The position numbers and the translations under genes are program-made. From Octopus vulgaris (taxonomy: Eukaryota), in contig OX597833.1 of the NCBI GenBank assembly GCA_951406725.2, positions 56,420,001 to 56,484,000 on the forward strand: a stretch of 64,000 nucleotides of DNA, given 5' to 3'. Under the pieces are notes generated by a model. That model was not told the DNA's origin. It saw only the letters and a list, made by a program, of their open reading frames with translations, and made no database searches. Positions 1 through 10,206 of the stretch are shown in pieces (positions within the stretch are counted from its first letter, which is position 1; each line of letters begins with the position of its first letter).

Positions 1-1279
1 GGTTTTCTTGGGTCTACCTCTTCCACAGGTCCCCTCAACTGCCAGGGTGTGGCACTTTTTCACACACTTATCTTCATCCATTCTCACCACATGACCATAC
101 CAGCGCAATTGTCTCTCTTGCACACAACATCTGATTCCTCTTAGGTCCAACTTTTCTCTCAAGGTACTTACACTCTGTCGACTATGAACACTGACATTAC
201 ACATCCAACGGAGCATACTAGCTTCATTTCTCGCGAGCTTACGCATGTCCTCAGCAGTCACGGCCCATGTTTCACTGCCATGTAGCATGGCTGTTCGTAC
301 ACATGCATCATACAGTCTGCCTTTTACTCTGAGCGAGAGGCCTTTAGTCACCAACAGAATTAAGAGCTCCCTAAACTTTGCCCAGGCTATTCTTACTCTA
401 GCCGTTACACTTTCAGCACACCCACCCCCACTACTGACTTGGTCACCAAGATAACGGAAGCTATCAACTACTTCTAGTTTTTCCCCCTGGAAAGTGACGG
501 AAGTTGTTTTCTGCAGATTTTCAGAGGTTAATGCTCCCGAGCATCTGCCACATACAAAAACCATCTTCCTAGTTAGCCTTCCTATGACATTGCTGCACCT
601 CTTATGTGTCCATAGCTTACACTTGGTGCATCTTATAGAGTTTCTACCTACACCTTTTCTACAGATCGAGCAGGGCCATCTACCTGAAGGCGTTTGTGAT
701 TTGTCTACCTTCCTACTTATTAGGACTTTGGTTTTAGCTAGGTTGACTCTAAGGCCCTTCGATTCTAAACCATGCTTCCACACCTGAAACTTCTTCTCCA
801 GTTCTGATAATGACTAAGCAATTAGAGCAAGGTCATCAGCATAGAGGAGCTCCCAGGGGCATCCTGTCTTGAATTCCTCCGTTATTGCCTGGAGGACTAT
901 GATAAATAGGAGGGGGCTGAGGACTGAGCCTTGGTGGACCCCTACCTCTACCCGGAATTCTTCACTGTACTCATTTCCAACCCTCACCTTACTAGCAACG
1001 TCCCTGTACATGGCTTGCACAGCTCTCACTAACCATTCTTCTATTCCTAGTTTCCTCATTGACCACCATATGAGGGATCGGGGGACCCTGTCGAAGGCTT
1101 TCTCCATGTCAACAAAAGCCAGGTACAGGGCCTTATCTTTGGCTAGGTATTTCTCCTGCAGCTGCCTTACCAGGAATATAGCATCAGTGGTACTTTTCCC
1201 TGGCACGAAACCAAACTGCATCTCATCTAAACTAACTCTCTCTCTAATTAGTTGGCTTATGACCCTCTCTGTAACCTTA
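1..1279 (-). mobile_element. 5'-truncated RTE-clade LINE, reverse transcriptase region (disrupted; continues off the left edge)
   Basis: ORF 814..1428 has RT motifs QFGFVPGKSTTDAIF, FVDMEKAFD, GVHQGSVLSPLLF and LLYADDL, with an in-frame stop at 814-816. Bases 1-30 read CGRGRPKKT on the minus strand, the RTE C-terminal motif. Confidence 0.92.
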
Positions 1280-1745
1280 TATATATCATTGTTTAACGTC
1301 TGTTTTCCGGCTAGCACAGGTTGGACAGTTTGACTGGGGTCTGGGAAGCCAGGAGGCTGCACCAGGCTCCAGTCTGATCTGGCAGTGTTTCTACAGCTGG
1401 ATGCCCTTCCTAACGCCAACCACTTCATGAGTGTAGTGGGTGCTTTTTATGTGCCACCGGCACAGAAGCCAGCAAAAGTGGCGCTGGCATCGGTCACGTT
1501 CGGATGGTGCTTTTCACATGCCACCGGCACAGATATATATAAACACACACACAGATAATGTATGTATATGTATATTAGTGAAAGATGCACACATTGATAA
1601 GAAAATGAAACTCATACATTGAAGTAAGCATAACTTGTGGTATTTATTCTACCTAACGTACACTCTCTTTTGCCACTGGAAATGCACTGTGGTATAATAT
1701 GTCAGGATATATGTAGCTGGATGTGTTGTGGTATATATATATATA

Positions 1746-2122
1746 TGGCATGTGCAAAAAGATTCGAGCAAGGTCATTGCCAGTACCACCTGACTGGCCC
1801 CTGTGCTGTGGCACGTAAAAGGGCACCATTCGAGCATGATCGTTACCAACGTCGCCTTACTGGCACCTGTGCCGGTAGCATGTGTAAAAAAATTCAAGCA
1901 AGGTCATTGCCAGTACCGTCTGACTGGCTCCCATGCCAGTGGCACGTAAAAAGCACCCACTACACTCTAGGAGTGGTTGGCGTTAGGAAGGGCATCCAGC
2001 AGTAGAAACTCTGCCAGATCAAGATTGGAGCCTGGTGCAGCCATCTGGTTCGCCAGCCCTCAGTCAAAATTGTCCAACCCATGCTAGCATGGAAAGCGGA
2101 CATTAAACGATGATGATGATGA

Positions 2123-2126
<4 letters not shown>
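1746..2126 (+). repeat. RTE-LINE 3'-UTR-derived repeat (GGCACGTAAAAAGCACC...GGACGTTAAAC(GAT)n), representative of many copies
   Basis: The same sequence with a (GAT)n tail recurs at about 1286-1531(-), 3093-3284, 9160-9390, 9525-9920, 15263-15450, 18919-19315(-), 22980-23260(-), 41387-41690, 42680-43064, 49332-49730(-), 56540-56735 and 59000-59170. At 33308-34043 it directly follows an RTE ORF C-terminus. Confidence 0.85.
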
Positions 2127-2170
<44 letters not shown>

Positions 2171-2296
2171 TAGTATACTTATATATATATATAAGTATAC
2201 TAACATAGATATACATGTACATGCAGTGTTGTGCATACACATGCACGTAGATATACATGTGCATATTGTATGAGAAATAAACATAAATTTACTTAC

Positions 2297-2357
2297 AACA
2301 GGAATGGATGGTGTGCTGTTAATCTGTCCATTAGAGTGACAGAGGCCTGACAGGAAC
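2297..2357 (-). CDS. TUBGCP6: Gamma-tubulin complex component 6, coding exon 12 of 12 in window ((K)FLSGLCHSNGQINSTPSIPV)
   Basis: Acceptor cag at 2360-2358 and donor gtaagt at 2296-2291. The 61-nt length fits phase 2 in, phase 0 out. Resembles the remembered GCP6 segment YLAELC...FPT. Confidence 0.85.
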
Positions 2358-2778
2358 CTGACAACAAAAGTAACAAAACACAATAAGATATATATAAAAT
2401 ACACATACATTGGTGATAGGTGAGAGGATCTCTATGTGGTTATTCAAGCTGCTAGAAATAGCAGCTAAATCTTTCTTAAATCATACTGCAGTTTTGTAAC
2501 AAAAAGAAAATTAGATTAATTCTAGATTTCCTCAACAAAATATGGTATGTTCACAGTTGGAGTGTCTTTGATCATAGGTTTACTTGATAGGAGTTGACCT
2601 GGGGTTAAACATGTCATCAACATCACCACCATCTTCTCCTTGCATCCCATTAGTGAAGTTCTTTTGCAAACATTCTGACCAGTTACCAAGTTGGTTCCCC
2701 CTGTGTGTATATGTATATATACAGACAACAGGCGAGATCTAGAGATACTCAATATATACACACAAATATTGAACAGTG

Positions 2779-3040
2779 TGGAGGCGCGTGGCTTAGTGGT
2801 TAGGGTGTCAGCATCATGATCGCAAGATTGTGGTTTCGATTCCTGGACCGGGCGACGTGTTGTGTTCTTGAGCAAAACACTTTATTTCACGTTGCTCCAG
2901 TCCACTCAGTTGGCAAAAATGAGTAACGCTGCAATGGACTGGTGTCCCGTCCAGCTGAGGAACACATACGCCATTGAAACCGGGAAACTAAACCCATGAG
3001 CCTGGCTAGGCTTTAAAAGGGCACATTTATTTATTTATTT
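2779..3040 (+). mobile_element. tRNA-derived SINE with V-domain-like core
   Basis: A box TGGCTTAGTGG, B box GGTTTCGATTCC, core ATGGACTGGTGTCCCGTCCAG and (ATTT)n tail. 14-bp TSD AATATTGAACAGTG at 2765-2778 and 3041-3054. Confidence 0.85.
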
Positions 3041-3540
3041 AATATTGAACAGTGAGAACAAATGCTCAACAATGCATTGGTGGATAAATATTTGGCACCT
3101 GTGCCGGTGGCACGTAAAAAGCACACACTACACTCACGGAGTGGTTGGCGTTAGGAAGGGCATCTAGCCATAGAAACATTGCCAGATCAGACTGGAGCCT
3201 GGTGCAGCCTTCTGGCTTCCCAGACCCCAGTTGAACTGCTCAACCCATGCTAGCATGGAAAGCGGACGCTAAACGATGATGATGGGTTAACAAGGCTACC
3301 ATTGGTTTAGGTAGACCCAGGAAGACGTGGGACGAGGTGGTGAAGCATGATCTTCAAACTTTGGGCCTCACAGAGGCAATGACTAATGACCAAGACCTTT
3401 GGCGATATGCTGTGCTTGAGAAGACCCATCAACCCAAGTGAAATTGTAGTCAAGGCTATGCTGGTGTCATGCAACTGGCACCTGTGCCGGTGGAATGTAA
3501 AAAGCACCTGTCAAGTGTTGGGCCTCATGGAGGTAATATC

Positions 3541-3772
3541 TATTTCTTTTCTACCCACAAGGGGCTAAACACAGAGGGGACAAACAAGGACAGACAAACG
3601 GATTAAGTCAATTACATTCGACCCCAGTGCGTAACTGGTACTTAATTTATCAACCCCGAAAGGATGAAAGGCAAAGTCAACCTCGGCGGAATTTGAACTC
3701 AGAACGTAACGGCAGACGAAATATGGCTACACATTTCGCCTAGCGTGCTAACGTTTCTGCCAGCTCGCTGCC
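3541..3772 (-). mobile_element. SINE with Meta-domain-like core (GCCTTTCATCCTTTCGGGGTCGATAAATTAAGTACCAG), representative copy
   Basis: TSD TGGAGGTAATATC at 3528-3540 and 3774-3786. Other copies at about 8199-8429(-), 10591-10812(-), 10893-11123(+), 21151-21372(-), 36256-36404(-), 37558-37719(+), 47195-47420(+) and 48297-48520(-). Confidence 0.85.
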
Positions 3773-4045
3773 TTGGAGGTAATATCGAATGGCCAAAACC
3801 TTTGGCATTATGCCATGCTTGAGAAGAAGAGCCACCAAACCAAATGAAATTGTAGTTGTGACAGATACTGGTGTCACGCAAATGGCACCTGTTCCGGTGG
3901 CACACAAAAGCACCCATTACACTTTCAGAGTGGTTGGCATTAGGGAGAAACCATGTGAAATCAGACTAGAGTCTGGTACAGTCTTCCAGCTTGTCAGCTC
4001 CGGTCAAACTGCCCAACCCATGCCAGCATGGACAAGGGACATTAA

Positions 4046-4435
4046 CCCTTTCATTACTGTATTTATTTTGAGATGTTCTGTGTTTCTTCCAATTATTTTA
4101 AATATAACAAAGAGTTTAGTAAAATAACATCGTTATCATTGAGCTAGTGTTAGGAACATAAATTGTGACTAAGATTTGGTGGAAGATTTGAATTCAAAAC
4201 TTATGAAAACAAGACATTTATACTAAAGAGCCAGAGCCAGTTTTGGCCAGGTTGGTAACGAAAGGGTTAAATATAACAAAGAATTTAGTAAAATAACTAA
4301 GTTACCATTCAGCTAGTATTAGGAACATAAATTGTGACTAAGGTTTGGTGGAAGATTTTAATTCAAAACTTATGAAAACAAGAAATTTGTACAACAGAGC
4401 CAGAGCTGGTTTCAGCCAGGTTGGTAACGAAAGGG
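4046..4435. mobile_element. piggyBac-like MITE (TTAA target) with duplicated right end
   Basis: TTAA|CCCTTTCATTAC ... GTAACGAAAGGG|TTAA. The right ~170 bp is present twice (ends at 4266 and 4435). Inserted into the TTAA of an RTE 3'-UTR copy. Confidence 0.75.
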
Positions 4436-4596
4436 TTAAATGATGATGTGTGTGTGCAACACAGCAATACATGCTTGGACACACGATTTTCTTGAAATGA
4501 AAGTGAAAGTACAGGACAAAAAAAAAGGTTGAGAAACACTGGTCTATGCCAGTATAAGACTGCTACACATACACCCAATGTTCATAAGTTACTTAC

Positions 4597-4892
4597 TTCA
4601 ATTGTTTCACCAGTCGACGGCAATAAAACTCCAGCTGGAGCAATGTAATATCTTTGGGAATAGACAAAACAGCAGCTCGGTAGTAGAGTAGGTAGTTGTC
4701 AATAGCTTGTATGAAAGCCTGATATGTGTGTCCACCACTGTCGGTAATTTTATGGACGGGAAGCTGTACTAACAAGGACAGCTGATGGTAGATGCTACCA
4801 GATTCTACAAATGGTGCGAGCAGGTTATCCACTGATGTTGGTGTTAACCCTGATACACAAATCCAGTCTTTCATATAAAATTTCTGAGTTTC
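4597..4892 (-). CDS. TUBGCP6: Gamma-tubulin complex component 6, coding exon 11 (ETQKFYMKDWICVSGLTP...YLLYYRAAVLSIP...RRLVKQLK)
   Basis: Acceptor cag at 4895-4893 and donor gtaagt at 4596-4591; 296 nt, phase 0 to 2. Matches the remembered GCP6 GRIP1-region motif FQAF...YLQYYRACVLSTP. Confidence 0.93.
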
Positions 4893-5115
4893 CTGTGAAA
4901 AGAGACAAATGAAGCACATTCATAAAAAATAGAAAGTAGAGTGTGAACGTAACAAGGTTATCATTGTCATCATCGTTTAACATCTACTTTATTATGCCTG
5001 TATGGAAACAGGTGAGGAGTTGACAACAAGAATGATATCTGACTAGAAAATCCACCTCAACAAATTCCATCCAACCCATACGAGCATGAAAAAGAGGACA
5101 TTAAAACAATGACGA

Positions 5116-5146
<31 letters not shown>

Positions 5147-5219
5147 CTGCAAATTTAGGGTGAACACTTGATAAGTGTAAGCACCTGTATATGCCAGCTA
5201 GTGGCAGAGGTGAGAAAGA

Positions 5220-5490
5220 ATATATCAAATAAAATCAAAAACAGAACACAAAGGATATCACGGTACACGTGTTTCAAACTTTATAAACAACCTGTTCATT
5301 ACATAATTGTATAATAGATATAAAATATGGTTTAAAGCTCTCTTCAGCCGCATACATTGTTATTCCAAAGAGTTACATCACACTGTAAAAAATATGAAAA
5401 GTACATTACAAGGATGTAATGAACAGGTTGTTTATAAAGCTTGAAACACGTGTACCGCGATATCCTTTGTGTTCTGTTTTTGATTTTATT

Positions 5491-5497
<7 letters not shown>
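5220..5497. mobile_element. Penelope-type inverted-repeat fragment containing a hammerhead ribozyme
   Basis: Arms at 5220-5304 and 5414-5497 are near-perfect reverse complements. The left arm plus spacer carries a full HHR motif on the minus strand. Confidence 0.7.
5260..5351 (-). ncRNA. Type I hammerhead ribozyme motif (long stem II)
   Basis: Minus strand reads GCGG-CTGAAGA-GAGCTTTA-(49 nt)-TAAAGTTT-GAAAC-ACGT-GTA-CCGT. Canonical core, stem I GCGG/CCGT, palindromic stem III ACACGTGT and a GUA cleavage triplet. Confidence 0.75.
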
Positions 5498-5524
<27 letters not shown>

Positions 5525-5810
5525 CTGTCCTCCACAGCAGAAGTGTTACGGTTGCACCCCCTGGTGAAGAGGATTGGCCTACAAGAGCCTTGTGCTAGTG
5601 CCATGTAAAAAGCACTTGTGCCAGTGCCACGTTCAAAGCACCCAGCACACACTGTTGAGTGGTTGGCATCAGGAAGGGCATCCAGTCACAGAAACCAAGC
5701 CAAATCATATTGGAACTCAATACAGCTCTGGTCAAACTGTCCAGCCCATGCCAGCATGGAAAACAAACATCAAAGGATGATGATGATGATATATATATAT
5801 ATATATTTAC

Positions 5811-6018
5811 CTTGTTCAGTAGAAACAGGTGAGATGAGACCCCAACGAGTAACTGAAGAATATCATTGACAAGCTGTTTAACAGAGACAGTAACTTTAGA
5901 TGCTTCTTGAAGACTGGGACATAGTATGGACATCTCATTGAGTTTAACAGCAAATATTTTGTCCACTGCTTCTGGACCAGCCTCAGTGAGGTAAGGCAGT
6001 TCTTGTAATCCTGGATGT
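5811..6018 (-). CDS. TUBGCP6: Gamma-tubulin complex component 6, coding exon 10 ((K)HPGLQELPYLTEAG...LVNDILQLLVGVSSHLFLLNK)
   Basis: Acceptor cag at 6021-6019 and donor gtaaat at 5810-5805; 208 nt, phase 2 to 0. PYLTEAG and a LVKDVLNVLIGV-like stretch match remembered GCP6. Confidence 0.93.
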
Positions 6019-6082
6019 CTGAAAATACACAGAATGGTACAAATATTAGTTGAAGAAATAGCTTTGAAATTAGACATCCTCT

Positions 6083-6459
6083 CTTTACTCTTTCACTTGT
6101 TTCAGTCATTTGACTGCGGCCATGCTGGAGCACGCCTTTTTAGTCGAGCAACTCGACCCCGGGACTTATTCTTTGTAAGCCCGGTACTTATTCTATCGGT
6201 CTATTTTGCCGAACCGCTAGGTGACAGGGACATAAACACACCAGCTTCGGTTGTCAAGCAATGTTGGATGGGACAAACACAGACACACAAACATACACGC
6301 ACACACATATATATATATATATACATATACGACGGACTTCTTTCAGTTTCCGTCTACCAAATCCACTCACAAGGCTTTGGTCGGCCCGAGGCTATAGTAG
6401 AAGACACTTGCCCAAGGTGCCACGCAGTGGGATTGAACTCGGAACCATGTGGTTGGTAA
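6083..6459 (-). mobile_element. tRNA-derived SINE with internal (TA)n/(TG)n tract and CAGCATGGCCGCAGTCAAATGACTGAAAC tail, representative copy
   Basis: The family recurs at about 7410-7789(-), 15707-16240(+), 19497-20115(+), 25521-25900(+), 36675-37066(-), 46457-46989(+) and 62626-63003(+). Head GGAGTGGCTGTGTGGTAAG...GGTTCAGTCCC. Confidence 0.85.
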
Positions 6460-7051
6460 ACTTTGTAGAGGGTTTTACTTTCTCTCCTCTTTTTATTTTC
6501 ATCCTATTGTTTTTTTCAGAACAAGATTTAAGATTCCTATCCATGGCCTGTATTTTTAGAATGTACACACATCAGTCTCCAAGATATATCATACCCAGAG
6601 TAAATTTACTTCATGTAAACTCTACTATTTATAAATTTTCTCTAATGCTTGAGTCACTATAGATACATGCGGGATTGTTGGGGATCGCTTCTGAAATCCA
6701 CATATTCCCACGAAACTTCTTCCAAGGAAGAAGCCGACTCAACCCACCCAGGGTGAATGTTGCCACAAGTACAAGTAAGTAGTACTATAGACACAGGTTT
6801 TCACTTAGCCTTTTTTTTTAGTTTTAACAATGGCCTTTGCTCCTCTAAAATTGTTGACTACCATTTCCTGTTAATCTATTTAATGCACTCATCTTTCTCC
6901 TCTTTATATCTACTGTACACCATCTAGTCTTTTTAATGGCCTCTGTTTCTCTAAAAGTGCTGACTTTGTAACATCATGTGAATCTAAGAGATGAGGAATT
7001 ATGTACATTATTTACATTCGACGGATATTTGTCCTCATCTTGTTTGTTGTT

Positions 7052-7097
7052 AACACAACGTTTCGGCTGATATACCCTCCAGCCTTCATCAGGTGTC
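7052..7097 (-). ncRNA. Minimal type I hammerhead ribozyme motif
   Basis: Minus strand reads GACAC-CTGATGA-A-GGCTG-GAGGGTATAT-CAGCC-GAAAC-GTT-GTGTT. Stem I GACAC/GTGTT, stem II GGCTG/CAGCC, loopless palindromic stem III AACGTT and a GUU triplet. Confidence 0.75.
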
Positions 7098-7180
7098 TTG
7101 GGGGAAATTTTGAACCTGGGTTCTCATTCCTAAGGTATGTTTCGATACTATTATTATTATTATTATTGTTTGGGCCCATG

Positions 7181-7253
7181 GGCATATGGCATAGTGGGTT
7201 AAGAGCGCAGGCTACTAACCCCAAGATTCCGAGTTCGATTCCAAGCAGTGACC
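7181..7253 (+). promoter_or_regulatory. tRNA-derived head with Pol III A and B boxes
   Basis: A box TGGCATAGTGG (7187-7197), B box GAGTTCGATTCC (7231-7242) and an anticodon-like loop CTACTAA. No convincing acceptor stem, so not called a tRNA gene. Confidence 0.7.
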
Positions 7254-7318
7254 TAAACAATAATAATCACATCGAAAAATACCTTAGGAATGAGAACCCA
7301 GGTTCGAAATTTCCCCAA

Positions 7319-7364
7319 GACACCTGAAGACGGCTGGAGGGTATATCTGCTGAAACATTGTGTT
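7319..7364 (+). ncRNA. Degenerate minimal hammerhead motif (second copy)
   Basis: GACAC-CTGAAGA-C-GGCTG...CTGCT-GAAAC-ATT-GTGTT. CpG-type changes damage stems II and III relative to the 7052-7097 copy. Confidence 0.55.
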
Positions 7365-8507
7365 AACAACAAACAAGATGGCCTTTCTTTTTACTTTCTT
7401 TTCTTTTTTTTTTTTTTACTTGTTTCAGTCATTTGACTGCGGCCATGCTGGAGCAGCACCAAATCGACCATGGGACTTATTCTTTGTAAGCCTCGTACTT
7501 ATTCTATCGGTCTCTTTTGCTGAACCGCTAAGTGACGGGGATGTAAACACACCTGCATCAGTTGTCAAGCAATGCTAGGGGGACAAACACAGACACACAA
7601 ACACACACACATACATATACATATATACGACAGCTTCTTTCAGTTTCCATCTACCAAATCCACTCACAAGGCATTGGTCGGCCCGGGGCTATAACAGAAG
7701 ACACTTGCCCAAGATGCCACGCAGTAGGACTGAACCCGGAACCATGTGGTTGGTAAGCAAGCTACTTACCACACAGCCACTCCTGCGCCTTGTATAATTT
7801 CAGTAAACAAACTATTTGCAAGAATCAGTGAAAAGTCTGTTTACTGAAATTACAAACGAGGTCACTGGCTGTTGTCAGATTCATTAGTCCAAGTATGACT
7901 GGCTGAAAACACACAATGTCAAAACATCAGTGTTCCAGAGTCCCTTTACTATATAAAAATAACATTATCTAATATGCTGGTAGTTGAATATATGAAAATA
8001 GGGAGAATTTCTGATAGGGACACAAAATGGTTTCTGATTAAGGCACGAGGTCAGCAATTTTGAGAGGATGATGAGTTGTTAACACTATCAACCAGTGAAT
8101 TTGACTGGCATTTTATTTTATTCATTCTGAAAGGATGAAACACAAAGTTGGCCTTTGCAGAATTTGATGTGAGAATGTAAAAAGCCAGAACAAATACCTA
8201 TTTCTTTACTACCCACACGGGGCTAAACACAGAGGGGTCAAACAAGGACAGACAAACGGATTAAGTCGATTACATCGACCCCAGTGCATAACTGGTACTT
8301 ATTTAATCGACCCCGAAAGGACGAAAGGCAAAGTCGACCTCGACGGAATTTGAACTCAGAACGTAATAGCAGACAAAATACGGCTACGCATTTCGCCCGG
8401 CGTGCTAACGTTTCTGCCAGCTCGCCGCCTGAACAAATACCACAATGCTCTACCTTTTCTGCTAGTCCACCGCCTTTTCTAGGGGTTACATAATAAGACT
8501 GACTTAC

Positions 8508-8719
8508 TTTCCAACAGTTTCCCATGTATAATGTTCACTTGGTTTGAACGACAGCGCAGCATCCCAAATACTGGTCTTCAAATCCGATGGCTGAGAAATG
8601 CCACTGTCATTGGAGGAAGCTTCCATTGTGGTTACTATTGGAGACACCTCTTCTTCACGAGAAGTCTCTTCATCAAGAAATCCTTCATCAAACAATGGCG
8701 AAGAAGTCCTCATTGGCAC
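8508..8719 (-). CDS. TUBGCP6: Gamma-tubulin complex component 6, coding exon 9 (VPMRTSSPLFDEGF...IWDAALSFKPSEHYTWETVG(K))
   Basis: Acceptor cag at 8722-8720 and donor gtaagt at 8507-8502; 212 nt, phase 0 to 2. DEGF and WxAAL...WExVG match remembered GCP6. Confidence 0.92.
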
Positions 8720-10169
8720 CTGGATGTAAACATATATATATATATATATAGATATATATTTATTATATATTTATATAAGACCGGAGCCTGGTGCAGCCTT
8801 CTGGCTTCCCAGATCCCCGGTCGAACCATCCAACCCATGCTAGCATGGAGAACGGACGTTAAACGATGATGATGATGATGATATACAAAAGAAGAGAAAG
8901 CTCAGTACAGATCCTTAAAGACTTGTAGAATTATTTCATTTTGGCAGAGCAGTATCTATGTAAGCATGATTTGGTTTGTGCAGCTAACTGTCGTTCAACC
9001 TGCGCATAAATACACATCATTGCCTTGTCATGTTGTCATGGAACGCATGAAAGCTTAAACGGTTCCAGCCACCACAAAACTGTGGTGACCCCAACATGAT
9101 ATGAACATGTAGCCTTCTGATCTAGAACGTTTTATTATATACCATTATGTCATTTGTTGTGCCGGTGGAACGTAAAAAGCACCAACCGATCGTGGCTGCT
9201 GCCAGCCTACTCTGGCACGTAAAAAGCACTCACTACATTCACAGAGTGGTTGGCGTTAGGAAGGGCATCCAGCTGTAGAAACACTGCCAGATCAGACTGG
9301 AGCCTGGCGCAGCCTCCTGGCTTCCCAGACCCTGGTCGAACCATCCAACCCGTGCTAGCACAGAAAACAGACGTTAAATGATGATGATGATGTCAATAAT
9401 GACATTGTTAATTCAACAGAATTCATCTAAAGTTTCAGGATCAGCTATTTTTATACTGTGTGTGCATTTATAACTGTATATGAGAAAAATATAACAACAG
9501 ATTTCATTGTTTTCACATGACCTGCTGTGCTTGAGGAGACCTACTGAGTCAAGTACATCAACATCAAAATAAAAATCAAATGGAATAGTAGTTCAGATAC
9601 CCGTGCCGGCAGCACGTAAAAAGCACCATCCAAACGTGACCGATGCCAGCGCCGCCTAGGCTGGTTTCTGCGCCAGTGGCATGTAAAATGCACCAACCGA
9701 TCATGGCCATTGCCAGCCTCCTCTGGCCTCTATACCGGTATCACGTAAAAAGCACCCACTACACTCATGGAGTGGTTGACATTAGGAAGGGCATCCAGCT
9801 GTAGAAACACTGCCAGATCAGACTGGAGCCTGGTGCAGCCTCCTGGCTTCCCAGATTCCGGTCGAACCATTCAACCCATGCTATCATGGAAAACGGACGT
9901 TAAACGATGATGATGATGATTGAAACAGCTTAGAGAACAGACTTCATCCACTGCTCAGTTTAACACCATTACTAGGCCCTCGTGATCCTTTGGCAGGGTT
10001 CATTCTTCTTCATGTATTCAGATCAGGTCTCTGGTTTGAGAATAACTTCCGCCCTTCCTCCAACCAGTTTCAAAGACCCTGAAGAAATACTAGTCATGGG
10101 TGCTACAAACACACACACACTCCATCCTCTCTGATTAAGCAGTAGAAAAATTAAAAGTTAGATACTTAC

Positions 10170-10206
10170 AGTTTTAACCGAACGAATTTTGGGACACACA
10201 AGATGC
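10170..10206 (-). CDS. TUBGCP6: Gamma-tubulin complex component 6, coding exon 8 (37 nt, (R)HLVCPKIRSVKT)
   Basis: Pyrimidine tract plus cag acceptor at 10209-10207 and donor gtaagt at 10169-10164. Exactly bridges phase 2 (exon 7) to phase 0 (exon 9). Confidence 0.78.

Larger units (their letters stand above)
6993..7380. mobile_element. Divergent pair of copies of a short tRNA-headed, hammerhead-containing element
   Basis: 7037-7170 and 7256-7380 are inverted copies of each other, each with an HHR motif. A tRNA-like head at 7181-7253 precedes the plus-strand copy. A further copy lies at 21067-21428. Confidence 0.75.
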
